In this document: positions 1-9,740 of the stretch, one piece after another
Numbering within the stretch: the stretch's first letter is position 1
Layout of the letters: each line of letters begins with the position of its first letter
NCBI GenBank assembly: GCA_034422795.1
Contig: DAOUJK010000041.1
Location: 17,455 to 81,454 of the forward strand
Length of the DNA stretch: 64,000 bases
Direction of reading: 5' to 3'
Source of the DNA: Dehalococcoidia bacterium
GTDB lineage: Bacteria; Chloroflexota; Dehalococcoidia; Lucifugimonadales; Australimonadaceae
Made by a program: the position numbers and the translations under genes
Notes under the pieces: generated by a model
What the model was told of the DNA's origin: nothing
Seen by the model: only the letters and a program-made list of their open reading frames with translations
Database searches by the model: none

Positions 1-336
1 GACGTAACGCGGCGGACGGCCATGCATCGGCGGGACGGTCCGCGATGGTTCGAGGGCGCGTCCCGGTCTACGCTGCTGGGCAACCGCATCCTGGCGGACC
101 GCTTCCAGGAACGGACCGGTGTACAGGAGTTCTACCTGCACGACCCGCTGGCCGTCGCGGCGGCGATCGAACCGGACATCCTGACGTGCCGCCCGGCGCG
201 GGTATCTGTCGTGACGGACGGGGACGAACGGGGGCGCACCCTCGCGACATACGGAGACGGGACGGTGAATGTGGCGGTCGGAGTGGATGTCGAACGCGCC
301 GTGGAGACCGTTCGGCGTCTGGTCTCAGGGCGGTAG
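1..336 (+). CDS. Nucleoside hydrolase (inosine/uridine-preferring family), C-terminal fragment; 5' end outside window
   Basis: Frame open from base 1. C-terminal LHDPLAVAAAIEPD...VSVVTDGDERGRT pattern is typical of IUNH-family hydrolases. Confidence 0.65.
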   Translation, partial: DVTRRTAMHRRDGPRWFEGASRSTLLGNRILADRFQERTGVQEFYLHDPLAVAAAIEPDILTCRPARVSVVTDGDERGRTLATYGDGTVNVAVGVDVERAVETVRRLVSGR

Positions 337-363
337 AATCGCGGGGAGAGGAGCTGCGGAAGG

Positions 364-1584
364 ATGGGGATACACGCCAGGCGGTTCGATCCCGACGACC
401 GCGGGCCGCTGGACGGTCTTCGCGTGCTGGACATGTCGCGGCTCGTGGCCGGGAACATGCTCACTCTCCAGCTCGCTGACTTCGGCGCCGAGGTCGTCAA
501 GATCGAGGCGCTGCCGAACGGCGATCCACTGCGCGCCTGGGGCGACAGCTCCGTCCAGACGCACTGGAAGACGTACTGCCGCAACAAGAAGAGCGTGTCG
601 GTCGACCTGCGCCACGACGATGGGCGGACGCTCGTGCGGCGGCTGGCCGGAGACGCCGACGTGCTCGTCGAGAACTTCATCCCTGGACGACTGGAGGAGA
701 TGGGGCTTGCGCCGGAGGTCCTGCACACGGACAACCCCGGCCTGGTCGTCGTGCGCGTCTCGGGGTTCGGCCAGACCGGGCCGTACCGGGACCGGCCGGG
801 GTTCGGCACGCTGGTTGAGGCGATGTCCGGGTTCGCGGACCGGAACGGCTTCCCCGACCGCGAGCCCGTCCTGCCGCCGATGGCCCTGGCTGACATGGCG
901 GCGGGCCTGTACGGCGCGATGGCTGTCCTGATCGCGCTGCGCGAGCGGGAGGTGAAGGGCGGCGCAGGGCAGGTGATCGACCTCTCGCTGCTCGAGCCCG
1001 TCTTCTCCATCCTGGGCGCCGACGCTGCAGGCTATAAGGTGGACGGCAGCGTGAAGCAGCGCGTGGGAAGCGCTTCGAATACGGCGTCCCCCCGTAACGT
1101 CTACGCCACGAAGGACGGGAAGTGGGTGGCCCTGTCAGCGTCGATCCAGTCGATGGCGGAGCGCGTGTTCAGGGTGGTCGGCAGGGAGGACGCGATCGAC
1201 GACCCTCGCTTCCGGAACAACGCCCAGCGGGTGCGGCACCGGGACGAGGTCGACGCCATCGTCGGGGGATGGATGGCTGAGCGGGCGCTGGACGAGGCGC
1301 TCGCCGAGCTCAACGCCGCAGGCGTGACCGCCGGGCCCGTCTACGACATCGCCCAGTTCCTCGACGACCCCCACGTCATCGAGCGTGAGGTGGTCGTGGA
1401 CCTGCCGGACGAGGACGTGGGGACAGTCCCGGCGCACAACATCGTCCCCCGGTTCTCGCGGACACCAGGCACGTTCCGCTACCCCGCCCCCGGGCTGGGG
1501 CAGCACAACGACGAGATATTCGGCGGCGCGGGCGTCTCCGTTGAAGAGATGGCCGACCTGCGAGCGCGAGGTGTGATCGGATGA
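364..1584 (+). CDS. CaiB/BaiF family (type III) CoA-transferase
   Basis: 406-aa ORF. N-terminal GPLDGLRVLDMSRLVAGNMLTLQLADFGAEVVKIE matches the family III CoA-transferase signature. Confidence 0.85.
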   Translation: MGIHARRFDPDDRGPLDGLRVLDMSRLVAGNMLTLQLADFGAEVVKIEALPNGDPLRAWGDSSVQTHWKTYCRNKKSVSVDLRHDDGRTLVRRLAGDADVLVENFIPGRLEEMGLAPEVLHTDNPGLVVVRVSGFGQTGPYRDRPGFGTLVEAMSGFADRNGFPDREPVLPPMALADMAAGLYGAMAVLIALREREVKGGAGQVIDLSLLEPVFSILGADAAGYKVDGSVKQRVGSASNTASPRNVYATKDGKWVALSASIQSMAERVFRVVGREDAIDDPRFRNNAQRVRHRDEVDAIVGGWMAERALDEALAELNAAGVTAGPVYDIAQFLDDPHVIEREVVVDLPDEDVGTVPAHNIVPRFSRTPGTFRYPAPGLGQHNDEIFGGAGVSVEEMADLRARGVIG

Positions 1585-2471
1585 CCGACGAACGAAGGCC
1601 CCCGGTGTGGCGTTCCCTGCTGTACGTGCCGGCGAACGTGGAACGGTACCTGGCTAAGGCCCACGAGCGTGGCGCCGACGGCATCATCCTCGACCTGGAG
1701 GACTCGGTCCCACCTGCCGAGAAGGCGTCCGCGCGTGCGGGTGTTCAGGCAGCGGCGGAGCGAGTCGGGCAGGGAGGCGCTGACGTGCTGGTGCGGGTCA
1801 ACCAGCCACTGCGGCTCGCCGTGCCGGACATCGAGGCCAGCGTTTCGCCCGCTGTCAACGCCCTCGTTCTGCCGAAGGTCGCCGGACCTGACCACGTGAG
1901 GCTGCTCGACGAGATGGTGTCGGACCTTGAAGCGGAGCGTGGGATGGCGGCGAGTGCGACGGCGTTCCTGGCGATGATCGAGACGCCGGATGCCTTCTTC
2001 CGGATCGACGAGATCGCGAAGGCGAGCCCGCGCATCGCGGCCATCACCATCGGCGCGGAGGACCTGGCTTCGTCGCTGGGGATGCAGCCGGACGCCGAGA
2101 CGCTGCTCTACCCGAAGACCCAGTCCGTGTATGCGGCGAAGGCGGCGGGGGTCATGGCGCTGGGCATATTCGGCACCGTCGCCGACTACCAGGACCTGGA
2201 CGCCGTGCGGGAGGTGGCGCTCAAGGCGCGGCGGTTCGGGCTGGAGGGCGCGTCGTGCATCCACCCGAGCGTCGTCCCCGTGCTCAACGAGGCGTTCAGC
2301 CCCGGCGAGGAGGAGGTCGCGCTCGCCAAGCGCATCATCGAGGCGAACGCCGAGGCTGAGAAGACCGGGCGTGGCTCCTTCCAGCTCGACGGCAGGATGA
2401 TCGACGTGCCGGTGGTGCAGCGCGCGCAGCGCCTCCTCGCGCGCTACGACGCCATCGTCTCGCGGGGGTAG
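1581..2471 (+). CDS. HpcH/HpaI aldolase / citrate-lyase beta (CitE)-like acyl-CoA lyase
   Basis: 296 aa. RSLLYVPANVERYLAKA..GADGIILDLEDSV motif. 4-nt ATGA overlap with the upstream CoA-transferase. Confidence 0.85.
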   Translation: MTDERRPPVWRSLLYVPANVERYLAKAHERGADGIILDLEDSVPPAEKASARAGVQAAAERVGQGGADVLVRVNQPLRLAVPDIEASVSPAVNALVLPKVAGPDHVRLLDEMVSDLEAERGMAASATAFLAMIETPDAFFRIDEIAKASPRIAAITIGAEDLASSLGMQPDAETLLYPKTQSVYAAKAAGVMALGIFGTVADYQDLDAVREVALKARRFGLEGASCIHPSVVPVLNEAFSPGEEEVALAKRIIEANAEAEKTGRGSFQLDGRMIDVPVVQRAQRLLARYDAIVSRG

Positions 2472-2480
2472 ACGAAAGCC

Positions 2481-3764
2481 GTGGCCTTTTCGTCTCGTCC
2501 ACTCGGCTGGGTGACCCGGGACGCCTGGCTGATGGTATCCGCCCGCTTCCTGAGGACGTTCGCTCAGTCGCTCATCGCCGTCTTCTTCGGGATCTACCTC
2601 ATCGAGCTGGGCTACAGCCTCGTGCAGATGGGGCTGCTGGTCACCATCGGTTCGGTCGGCAGCGCCATGTTCGCCATGTTGATCGTCTTCATCGGCGATA
2701 CGCTGGGCCGGCGCCGGCTGCTCATCGTATTCACGGCGATGATGGCGCTCGCCGGGCTCGGCTATGCGTTCACCGAGCAGTACACATTGCTCGCGTTCGT
2801 CTCGTTCTTCGTGGGAAGCATCGCCATCTCGGGGAGCGGACCAAGGGGGCCGGTGCAGCCGCTGGAGCAGGCGGCGCTTCCGGACACCACTACGGCCGAG
2901 CACCGCACGGACCTCTTCGCGCTTGCGGGCATCGGCGAGAGGGCCGCGAGGCTGGCGGGCACGATCGGCGCAGCCGCCCCCGCTGTGCTCGTACCCGTCT
3001 TTGGCGTGGGAGAGATCACGGCGTACAAGCTGATGTTCGTGGTCTACGCAGTGCTCATGCTGGCGTCCGCGGCCATGTACGGCCTGCTGTCGCCGTCGGT
3101 TGACTCCGGCATGGGCGGCGGTGGATGGCGGAACCCCTTGCGGCTGGAGTCGCGGAAGACCATCTTCTCCCTCGCCGCCATCGTGTCGGTGGACGGCTTC
3201 GCAACGCGGTTCGTCTTCTTCAGTCTTGTGGGAGCATGGTTCCACCTGGAATACGGCTTCGACCTTGAAGAGGTCGCTTATGTGCTCGCAGGATCAACGG
3301 TCTTGAATATGGTCTCGCTCTGGGTTGCCGCGCGCCTGGCGAACCGGATCGGCCTGCTGAACACGGTCATCTTCACGCATATCCCGGCAGTGGCAGCCAC
3401 CTTCGCCATCCCCTTCGCTCCGACAGCCTGGCTGGCGGTCGTCTTCTGGTTCGTGCGGGCCTTCTTCGGGCAGATGGACGCTCCTGCCCGGCAGTCCTAC
3501 ACGATGGCGATCGTGAACAGGGATGAGCGCGTGGCCATGGCCAGCATCACCAACGTGAGCCAGGCGGCGGTCGGCGCGGTCACGCCATCGCTCGCAACCG
3601 TTCTGTGGCAGGCGGCCTCGGCGAGCGCGCCCTTCGTTGCTTCCGGCGCGCTCAAGACCGTCTACCTCGTGGGCCTCTACATGGCGTTCAAGGACGTTCA
3701 TCCGCCGGAGGAGCTGGAGCGCGCCGAACGGAGGCGGCTGGAACGGGAAGCCCGGCGTTCGTAA
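2481..3764 (+). CDS. MFS transporter
   Basis: 427 aa, about 12 hydrophobic segments. GDTLGRRR loop motif between TM2 and TM3. GTG start. Confidence 0.75.
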   Translation: MAFSSRPLGWVTRDAWLMVSARFLRTFAQSLIAVFFGIYLIELGYSLVQMGLLVTIGSVGSAMFAMLIVFIGDTLGRRRLLIVFTAMMALAGLGYAFTEQYTLLAFVSFFVGSIAISGSGPRGPVQPLEQAALPDTTTAEHRTDLFALAGIGERAARLAGTIGAAAPAVLVPVFGVGEITAYKLMFVVYAVLMLASAAMYGLLSPSVDSGMGGGGWRNPLRLESRKTIFSLAAIVSVDGFATRFVFFSLVGAWFHLEYGFDLEEVAYVLAGSTVLNMVSLWVAARLANRIGLLNTVIFTHIPAVAATFAIPFAPTAWLAVVFWFVRAFFGQMDAPARQSYTMAIVNRDERVAMASITNVSQAAVGAVTPSLATVLWQAASASAPFVASGALKTVYLVGLYMAFKDVHPPEELERAERRRLEREARRS

Positions 3765-3862
3765 GCCGCGGATGCCTGAGACCACTCGTCCGCTCATAGG
3801 AGCGGCCGGGCTACAATGCAGCGGTCCACCCACTGGCGAGGCACATGAGAGAGGGGGGAGTG

Positions 3863-4765
3863 ATGGCAACGATTGCAGGCAGGTTCGGCATGTCGCATGG
3901 CCCGCAGCTCTACGTACCTCCCGAGCTGTGGCCCAACATCCTTCGCCGCGACGACATGGGCTCCGAGAAACCCGGTATGCGCGAGCAGACCTCGGAGGCC
4001 ATGATGCAGCGCCGGTACGACGCGTGCCTCGAGGCGATGGACGCCATCCGCGCCAGGATCGACGATATAGCGCCCGATACGATCGTGCTCATCGGGGACG
4101 ACCAGCGGGAGAACCTGCTCGCGGACAACACGCCGCCATTCCTCGTGTACATCGGCGACGAGGCGGACGCGAGCACGAGGGTCTCGCATTACCGCCTCGG
4201 AGAGCAGTTCACCGATACGGTCACCCGGTACCAGGTCGACGTCCCGCTTGCGAGGTGGACCATCGACTCGCTTCTCGATTCCGGGTTCGACCCCGCATGG
4301 TCGAGCGCCACCCGGCATGAACAGGGACTCGGTCACGCGTTCGGTCGTCCGCTCCACACCACGAACCACGACGCCCGATACCGAATCGTTCCGGTCATGG
4401 TCAACACCTACTATCCGCCCACGAGTTCACCGCGGCGGTGTGTGGACTTCGGACGCGCTCTGGCGAACGCCATCGCGTCGTTCGACGAGGACCGGCGCGT
4501 CGTTGTCATCGCCTCCGGCGGGCTCTCCCACATGATGATCGACGAGCAGCTCGACCGGGAGTACCTCGAGGCGGTGGAAGCGCACGACATCGATTACATG
4601 GCGGCGATGGACCCCGGCGCGTTGGTCGGCGGGACATCCGAGATCAGGAACTGGATCATCGCCGCCGCCATGGGCGACAGCGGAGCGCGGGTCATCGACT
4701 ACCAACCCTGTTACCGGAATCTGGCCGGGGTTGGCTGTGCGATGGCCTTCGCCGAGTGGGAGTGA
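3863..4765 (+). CDS. Class III extradiol ring-cleavage dioxygenase, LigB family (paralogue 1)
   Basis: MATIAGRFGMSHGPQL...IASGGLSHM pattern. Paralogous to the ORFs at 8730 and 36487. An alternative ATG at 3845 is also possible. Confidence 0.75.
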   Translation: MATIAGRFGMSHGPQLYVPPELWPNILRRDDMGSEKPGMREQTSEAMMQRRYDACLEAMDAIRARIDDIAPDTIVLIGDDQRENLLADNTPPFLVYIGDEADASTRVSHYRLGEQFTDTVTRYQVDVPLARWTIDSLLDSGFDPAWSSATRHEQGLGHAFGRPLHTTNHDARYRIVPVMVNTYYPPTSSPRRCVDFGRALANAIASFDEDRRVVVIASGGLSHMMIDEQLDREYLEAVEAHDIDYMAAMDPGALVGGTSEIRNWIIAAAMGDSGARVIDYQPCYRNLAGVGCAMAFAEWE

Positions 4766-4931
4766 TCGGCCCTCAGGTCGTGCTCGCCGCCGGCCATTCG
4801 CCGGGGCACGGCGCATCCGTCCCTCCCGAAAACCCGCCTAATCTCCCCCCGAAATGCGCTTGACGCTGGACGCGCGGAACGCCAATCTAGCGTCTCATCA
4901 TTTTCGAGTACGGAGGGAGCGGCCCGTGGAC

Positions 4932-5327
4932 ATGGCGGAGCAGGTGCTGCGCGAGAGCAAGGTCATCGCCGTCGTCGGCCTGTCCGACAGGCCCGACCGA
5001 CCGTCCCACGGGGTCGCAAGGTACATGCAGGAGCACGGCTACCGGATCATCCCGGTGAACCCGAAACTGACCGGGCCGGTGCTCGGCGAGCAGCCGTACG
5101 CAAGGCTGGAGGACGTGCCGGAGCACGTCGACGTGGTGGACATATTCAGGAGAGCGGTGGATGTGCCGCCCGTTGTGGACGGGGCCATCCGCATAGGGGC
5201 CGACGCCGTGTGGATGCAACTGGGGATATCCCACGACGAGGCCGGAGCAAAGGCGGAAGCCGCGGGCCTGCGCGTTGTCATGGACAAGTGCCTGGCCATC
5301 GAGCACCGCCGGATCAGGGGTTCGTAA
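4932..5327 (+). CDS. CoA-binding domain protein (YccU-like)
   Basis: KVIAVVGLSDRPDRPSHGVARYMQEHGYRIIPVNP is the typical CoA_binding_2 signature. Start chosen at the internal ATG after GGAGGGAG. Confidence 0.8.
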   Translation: MAEQVLRESKVIAVVGLSDRPDRPSHGVARYMQEHGYRIIPVNPKLTGPVLGEQPYARLEDVPEHVDVVDIFRRAVDVPPVVDGAIRIGADAVWMQLGISHDEAGAKAEAAGLRVVMDKCLAIEHRRIRGS

Positions 5328-5384
5328 GCAAGAGAGACGCCGCCACAAGAGGGGGTGCGTGCGCCGGCGACGGGAGTCGTCGTC

Positions 5385-6221
5385 ATGATTTACCGTGAAG
5401 AGGAGCATGTCCGGTTGTTGAAGGAACAGACACGCACGGCAGTGCGTCTCGCGATGAACGGGGAGTGGGCGGAGGCCGTCCAGGTCAACCGCGAGATACT
5501 CGAAGCCGAGCCCGATAACGTCGAGGCGATGAACCGCCTGGGCAAGGCGCTCACCGAACTCGGCGAGCCCGGCCAGGCGCTCGACGCCTTTCGCCGCGCG
5601 CTCGCACTCAGCCCCGGCAATCCGATCGCAACGAAGAACGTGGAACGCCTGCTGATGGAGACGAGCAGCGGCTCCGCTACCGCAGCCCGCGCCTGCAACG
5701 GCGCCGGCGGCACGCTCAAGCCGCGGATGTTCATCGCGGACAGCGGCAAGAGCGCTGACGTGACGTTGCTGGCGTCGTCCGGCGCCAACCCCTCGCCCGG
5801 AACGCCGGTGACCCTGGCGGCGAGTGGTTCCACGCTCGGCGTCATGGCCCCGGACGGCGTCTGTCTGGGCCTCGTGCCACCGAACATAGCGCGCCGCTTG
5901 CTCTGTCTCATGGCAGGCGGCAACCGCTACGAGGGCGCGGTCTCGGGCTCGGCCAACGGCGCAGTGCGCGTCGTGCTCCGGGAGGCTTACCAGCACCCGA
6001 CCCAGCGCGCGAAGGTGTCATTCCCGGCGCAGCCGAGGCCCATCGAGGAACCACTGCTCGCAGTACTTGATGCCGTGGAACCGCCCGACACGACGCCCGT
6101 CAACGTGCCGGAGGTGCCCCTGTCGCTGCTCGACGATTCGCCGGAGCTCGCCGCGGTCGGGGCCGGCATCGGCATCTTCGACGACGCGCTCCTCCCCGAC
6201 CTCCCTGAGGACGACGAGTAG
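5385..6221 (+). CDS. TPR-repeat protein with acidic C-terminus
   Basis: N-terminal TPR-like helices (AEAVQVNREILEAEPDNVEAMNRLGKALTELGEPGQALDAFRRALALSPGN). Start position uncertain. Confidence 0.6.
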   Translation: MIYREEEHVRLLKEQTRTAVRLAMNGEWAEAVQVNREILEAEPDNVEAMNRLGKALTELGEPGQALDAFRRALALSPGNPIATKNVERLLMETSSGSATAARACNGAGGTLKPRMFIADSGKSADVTLLASSGANPSPGTPVTLAASGSTLGVMAPDGVCLGLVPPNIARRLLCLMAGGNRYEGAVSGSANGAVRVVLREAYQHPTQRAKVSFPAQPRPIEEPLLAVLDAVEPPDTTPVNVPEVPLSLLDDSPELAAVGAGIGIFDDALLPDLPEDDE

Positions 6222-6348
6222 GGACGCCTCGTTCCTGCGCCGGCAGGAACATCGCCCCTGCCTGTCCTTCCGAGTGGAGCGCAGCCTCCCATTGTCATTC
6301 CGAGCGTAGCGCAGCGAAGTCGAGGAATCTCTCGGGAACGCCCTCCCG

Positions 6349-8526
6349 TCACGCCTCGTCGAGGCTCTCCGCGAGCAACTCCAGCAGGTCCTTCGCGGAC
6401 TTGGTGTCCTCCTGCCCCTTCGCGCCGATGCCTTCCTCCATCATCTGGAGGCAGAACGGGCAGGAGACCCCGACCGCGTCTGCGCCGGTGTCGAGGAAGT
6501 GGTCGGTGCGGATGTGGTTGACCCGCGTGCCCTGCTCCTCCATCCACATGCGCCCGCCGCCCGCGCCGCAGCAGAAGCCCCGTTCCCGGCAGCGGCCCTC
6601 GCCCATCTCAACGAGCTCCAGGCCGGGGATGGCCCGCGCGATCTCCCGCGGCGCTTCGTAGATATCGTTGTGGCGGCCCAGGTAGCACGAGTCGTGGTAG
6701 GCGACCGATAGCGGAACGGCCCTTGTTGGCCGGATGCGCCCGTCGCGGACGAGCCCTGCGACGAACTCGGTGTAGTGGGTCACCTCGAAGTTCCCGCCGA
6801 ACTGCGGGTACTCGTTCTTCAGCGTGTTGAAACAGTGCGGGCAGAGCGTCACGATGCGCCGTACCTCGTAGGCGTTCAGCGTCTCGATGTTCTGCTCCGC
6901 CATCATCTGGTACAGGTACTCGTTCCCCATGCGTCGGGCCGGGTCGCCGGTGCACGTTTCCTCGCTGCCCAGCACGCGGTAGCGCACGCCAGCGAGTTTC
7001 AGCACTGACGCCATCGCCCGCGCGACCTGCTGGCCGCGTCCGTCCAGCGCCGATGTGCAGCCAACCCACAGCAGGACCTCGTGCTCCGGGTCGTCGCTCA
7101 TGGCGACGGCGTCCGTGCCCTCCATCCAGTCGGTGCGGGTCGCCTGCGTCCCGCGCCACGGGTGACCGCGCTGCTCCATCGAGGTGAGCGCGTTCATCGC
7201 TCCCTCCGGCGCTTCGGCTTCCTCCATCATGAGGAATCGCCGCATGTCTACGATGGAGTCGATGTGCTCGACGAACGCGGGGCACGCCTCCATGCACGCC
7301 CTGCACGTGGTGCACGACCAGAGTACCTCGGTCGATATCGCGCCGTGCACGAGGTCCAGTTCCGGTGTGGGCGGCTCGGCGTCCGGGCCGAACGCAAGCA
7401 GCACCGGAGCGCGTGACTCCATGTAGGCCTTGGCGTCCTGCACCAGCTTCCGCGGAGAGAGCGGCTTGCCGCTGCGCCACGCGGGACACTGGTCCTGGCA
7501 CCGCCCGCAGTTGGTGCAGGCGTCGTAGTCGAGCAGTTGCTTGGACGTGAGTTGCGGCAGGTCTCGCGCGCCGAATACCTCCAGCGTATCGAGGTCGCCC
7601 ATCGGGCGGAGCGCCCCCTTGGGGCGCGTGACGGAAGAGCGCATCACGAGATTGAGCGGGCTGACGAAGATGTGCATGAGCGGCCCGAACCGCCACGCCG
7701 CGTAGACGAACGTCGCGGACATCAGCCCGGCGTGCGCCCACCAGAGCGCGAAGTGCGAGACCTCCATCGCGTAGATCGTGAACCCCAGCCCGCGGATACC
7801 CACCGCTATGACGTACGAGAACGGCGACCAGTACGCCGATGCCACGCTGTACAGGTCGCTCGTCGGCTCCAGTTCCGTCGCCGCCATGCGGAGCGACTGC
7901 AGGACGAAGCCGGAGAGCGCGCTCGCCAGCAGCAGGGCGAGCAGCACGTTGTTCTCCAGCATCGTGTTCAGCCGGGGCGGGCGCACGACGTACCGGCGCC
8001 ACGCGGCCAGGGCGATGCCCGCGATGAGCATGACGCCGCCGATGTCCCATATCAGCTCAAGCTGCACGCCGACGTTGCGGGTTGGCACGTGCCAGCCGAG
8101 GTACTGCTCCGCGTTGAACTCGATGGCGTCGAGCGACGTCGCGATGAACAGGATGACGATGCCCCAGAAGATGAGGAAGTGCATCGCGCCGGGGTAGCGC
8201 TCGTTCCGCACGAAACGGCGGTGGCCGATGGAGTCGACGAACAGCGTGCGGAGCCCGCCAGCGAGCCGCGCGCGCCACGGCCCCGTGTCAGGGTTCGGCT
8301 TGCCGAGCCGCCAGTAGCGCGAGCGCTGCCAGAGCGCCCAGGCGATGGCGGCCAGCGCGATGGGGGCGGTGAGGTAGACGACCGCCCCCAGCGGATAGCC
8401 GATGTTCCAGAAGTCGAGTCGTCCGGTCAGTTCAGGCGGCAATGCACAACCTCGAGAGGAGTCTCGCGGGAGTTTAGCAGGCGTGCAGGGGCAGGGCGGC
8501 GTTGCGACGCCTTGCAGTGCTACCAT
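6349..8526 (-). CDS. Membrane-bound Fe-S oxidoreductase: N-terminal polytopic (NarI/HdrE-like) domain fused to an HdrD/GlcF-like 2x[4Fe-4S] + CCG domain
   Basis: CTNCGRCQDQCP and CTTCRACMEACP ferredoxin motifs. C-terminal cysteine-rich CCG-type motifs (CPHCFN, CCGAGGG, CPFC). About 6 TM helices at the N-terminus. An alternative TTG start at 8442 follows GAGG. Confidence 0.8.
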   Translation of the reverse strand: MVALQGVATPPCPCTPAKLPRDSSRGCALPPELTGRLDFWNIGYPLGAVVYLTAPIALAAIAWALWQRSRYWRLGKPNPDTGPWRARLAGGLRTLFVDSIGHRRFVRNERYPGAMHFLIFWGIVILFIATSLDAIEFNAEQYLGWHVPTRNVGVQLELIWDIGGVMLIAGIALAAWRRYVVRPPRLNTMLENNVLLALLLASALSGFVLQSLRMAATELEPTSDLYSVASAYWSPFSYVIAVGIRGLGFTIYAMEVSHFALWWAHAGLMSATFVYAAWRFGPLMHIFVSPLNLVMRSSVTRPKGALRPMGDLDTLEVFGARDLPQLTSKQLLDYDACTNCGRCQDQCPAWRSGKPLSPRKLVQDAKAYMESRAPVLLAFGPDAEPPTPELDLVHGAISTEVLWSCTTCRACMEACPAFVEHIDSIVDMRRFLMMEEAEAPEGAMNALTSMEQRGHPWRGTQATRTDWMEGTDAVAMSDDPEHEVLLWVGCTSALDGRGQQVARAMASVLKLAGVRYRVLGSEETCTGDPARRMGNEYLYQMMAEQNIETLNAYEVRRIVTLCPHCFNTLKNEYPQFGGNFEVTHYTEFVAGLVRDGRIRPTRAVPLSVAYHDSCYLGRHNDIYEAPREIARAIPGLELVEMGEGRCRERGFCCGAGGGRMWMEEQGTRVNHIRTDHFLDTGADAVGVSCPFCLQMMEEGIGAKGQEDTKSAKDLLELLAESLDEA

Positions 8527-8536
8527 TGTCCTGCAC

Positions 8537-8626
8537 GGAGGGATGGCAGAGTGGACGATTGCGGCGGTCTTGAAAACCGCTGTGCCGGCGACGGTACCGT
8601 GGGTTCGAATCCCACTCCCTCCGCCA
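8537..8626 (+). tRNA. tRNA-Ser (anticodon UGA), CCA encoded
   Basis: Acceptor GGAGGGA/TCCCTCC, anticodon stem GCGGT/ACCGC with loop CTTGAAA, long variable arm, T-loop GGTTCGAATCC. Confidence 0.9.
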
Positions 8627-8729
8627 AACGCGCCGCTTGGCGTAAAGTAGCGGCAACGCGCCCGTGTGTTGCCGGGCTGGATGTATCATCGCAGCGCCGC
8701 CCCACGCAGGACGGTGCAAGGAGGCCGCA

Positions 8730-9734
8730 ATGGCAGAGATCGTGCTCGTCGAAGCCACTTCCCACTCGCCCTTCCTGTTCATGGAGCCGCACCAGTGGAA
8801 CCTCGTGCGGGCCGCCCGTCCTCCGCTGACCGACAACCCTGTCATGTCCGAGGAGGAGAACGCGGCGCAGCACAAGCGCTGCATGGACGCGTTCGAGGTG
8901 CTGCGTCAGAAGATGGAGGAGGCGAAACCCGACGTGGTCCTCGTCTTCGGCGACGACCAGCAGGAGCTCTTCGGGCTCGACAACTTCCCCGCGTTCGGCA
9001 TCTACGTCGGCGACGAGTTCGAGGGCTACCGCACGAGCGCCCGGACGGGCTTCATCCCCGGCGAGCAGCGAGGCTGGCGCGAGAAGACGCCCGAGACGTG
9101 GGTGAAGGTGCAGAGCAACCCGCAACTCGCACAGGAGCTGGCGGTCGGGCTGACGCACCGCGACTTCGACATCTCATTCAGCTTCGAGGTGCCGAACAAG
9201 GAGCATGGGATGGGGCACGCGTTCATGCGCCCCTTCACCCGCATCATCCCCGACTTCGATGTCCCGATGATCCCGTTCTTCGTGAACTGCTACTTCGGCC
9301 CGCAGCCGTCGGCCAACCGCTGCTACCGCCTGGGCAGGGCGGTGCGCGAGGTTATCGAGGCGTCACCGCTGGATCTGCGCGTGGCCGTGCTTGGCTCCGG
9401 CGGACTGTGGCACACGCCGGGCAGTCCCACGTCGTGGCTCAACACCGAGTTCGACGAGCGCCTCCTCTCCTACATCCCCAAGGGCGACGCCAAGGGGATG
9501 GCAGACGAGTTCGACAGGGAGGGCGCAACCCCGCCGGCTGACTACGGCCCCACGACGGCGCGCTGGGTAGACGGCGGCACGGGCATGTACACCGGCATCG
9601 GCAGCGGCACGGGCGAGACACGCAACTGGGTCGCCGCCGCCGGCGTCGCGGACGGCAAGCCGGGCGTCGTCATTGACTACGTGCCGGTCTTCGCGTCGCC
9701 GTGCGGCATGGGTTTCGCGTACTGGGAGATGTAG
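8730..9734 (+). CDS. Class III extradiol dioxygenase, LigB family (paralogue 2)
   Basis: AGGAGG 6 nt upstream of the ATG. MAEIVLVEATSHSPFLF...VLGSGGLWHTPG is paralogous to the 3863 and 36487 ORFs. Confidence 0.75.
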   Translation: MAEIVLVEATSHSPFLFMEPHQWNLVRAARPPLTDNPVMSEEENAAQHKRCMDAFEVLRQKMEEAKPDVVLVFGDDQQELFGLDNFPAFGIYVGDEFEGYRTSARTGFIPGEQRGWREKTPETWVKVQSNPQLAQELAVGLTHRDFDISFSFEVPNKEHGMGHAFMRPFTRIIPDFDVPMIPFFVNCYFGPQPSANRCYRLGRAVREVIEASPLDLRVAVLGSGGLWHTPGSPTSWLNTEFDERLLSYIPKGDAKGMADEFDREGATPPADYGPTTARWVDGGTGMYTGIGSGTGETRNWVAAAGVADGKPGVVIDYVPVFASPCGMGFAYWEM

Positions 9735-9740
9735 CGCCCG

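Noticed and set aside
1479-3245. 588-aa ORF antisense to the CitE-like and MFS genes. Similar long antisense or off-frame ORFs occur at, for example, 4887-5996, 24252-25304, 28332-29612, 33078-34370, 36550-37497, 42180-43031, 54754-55954 and 61453-62823.
   Set aside because: Each lies fully opposite or out of frame to an ORF with clear family motifs. Their Arg/Pro/Gly/His-rich composition is the usual artefact of stop-poor alternative frames in about 70% GC DNA.
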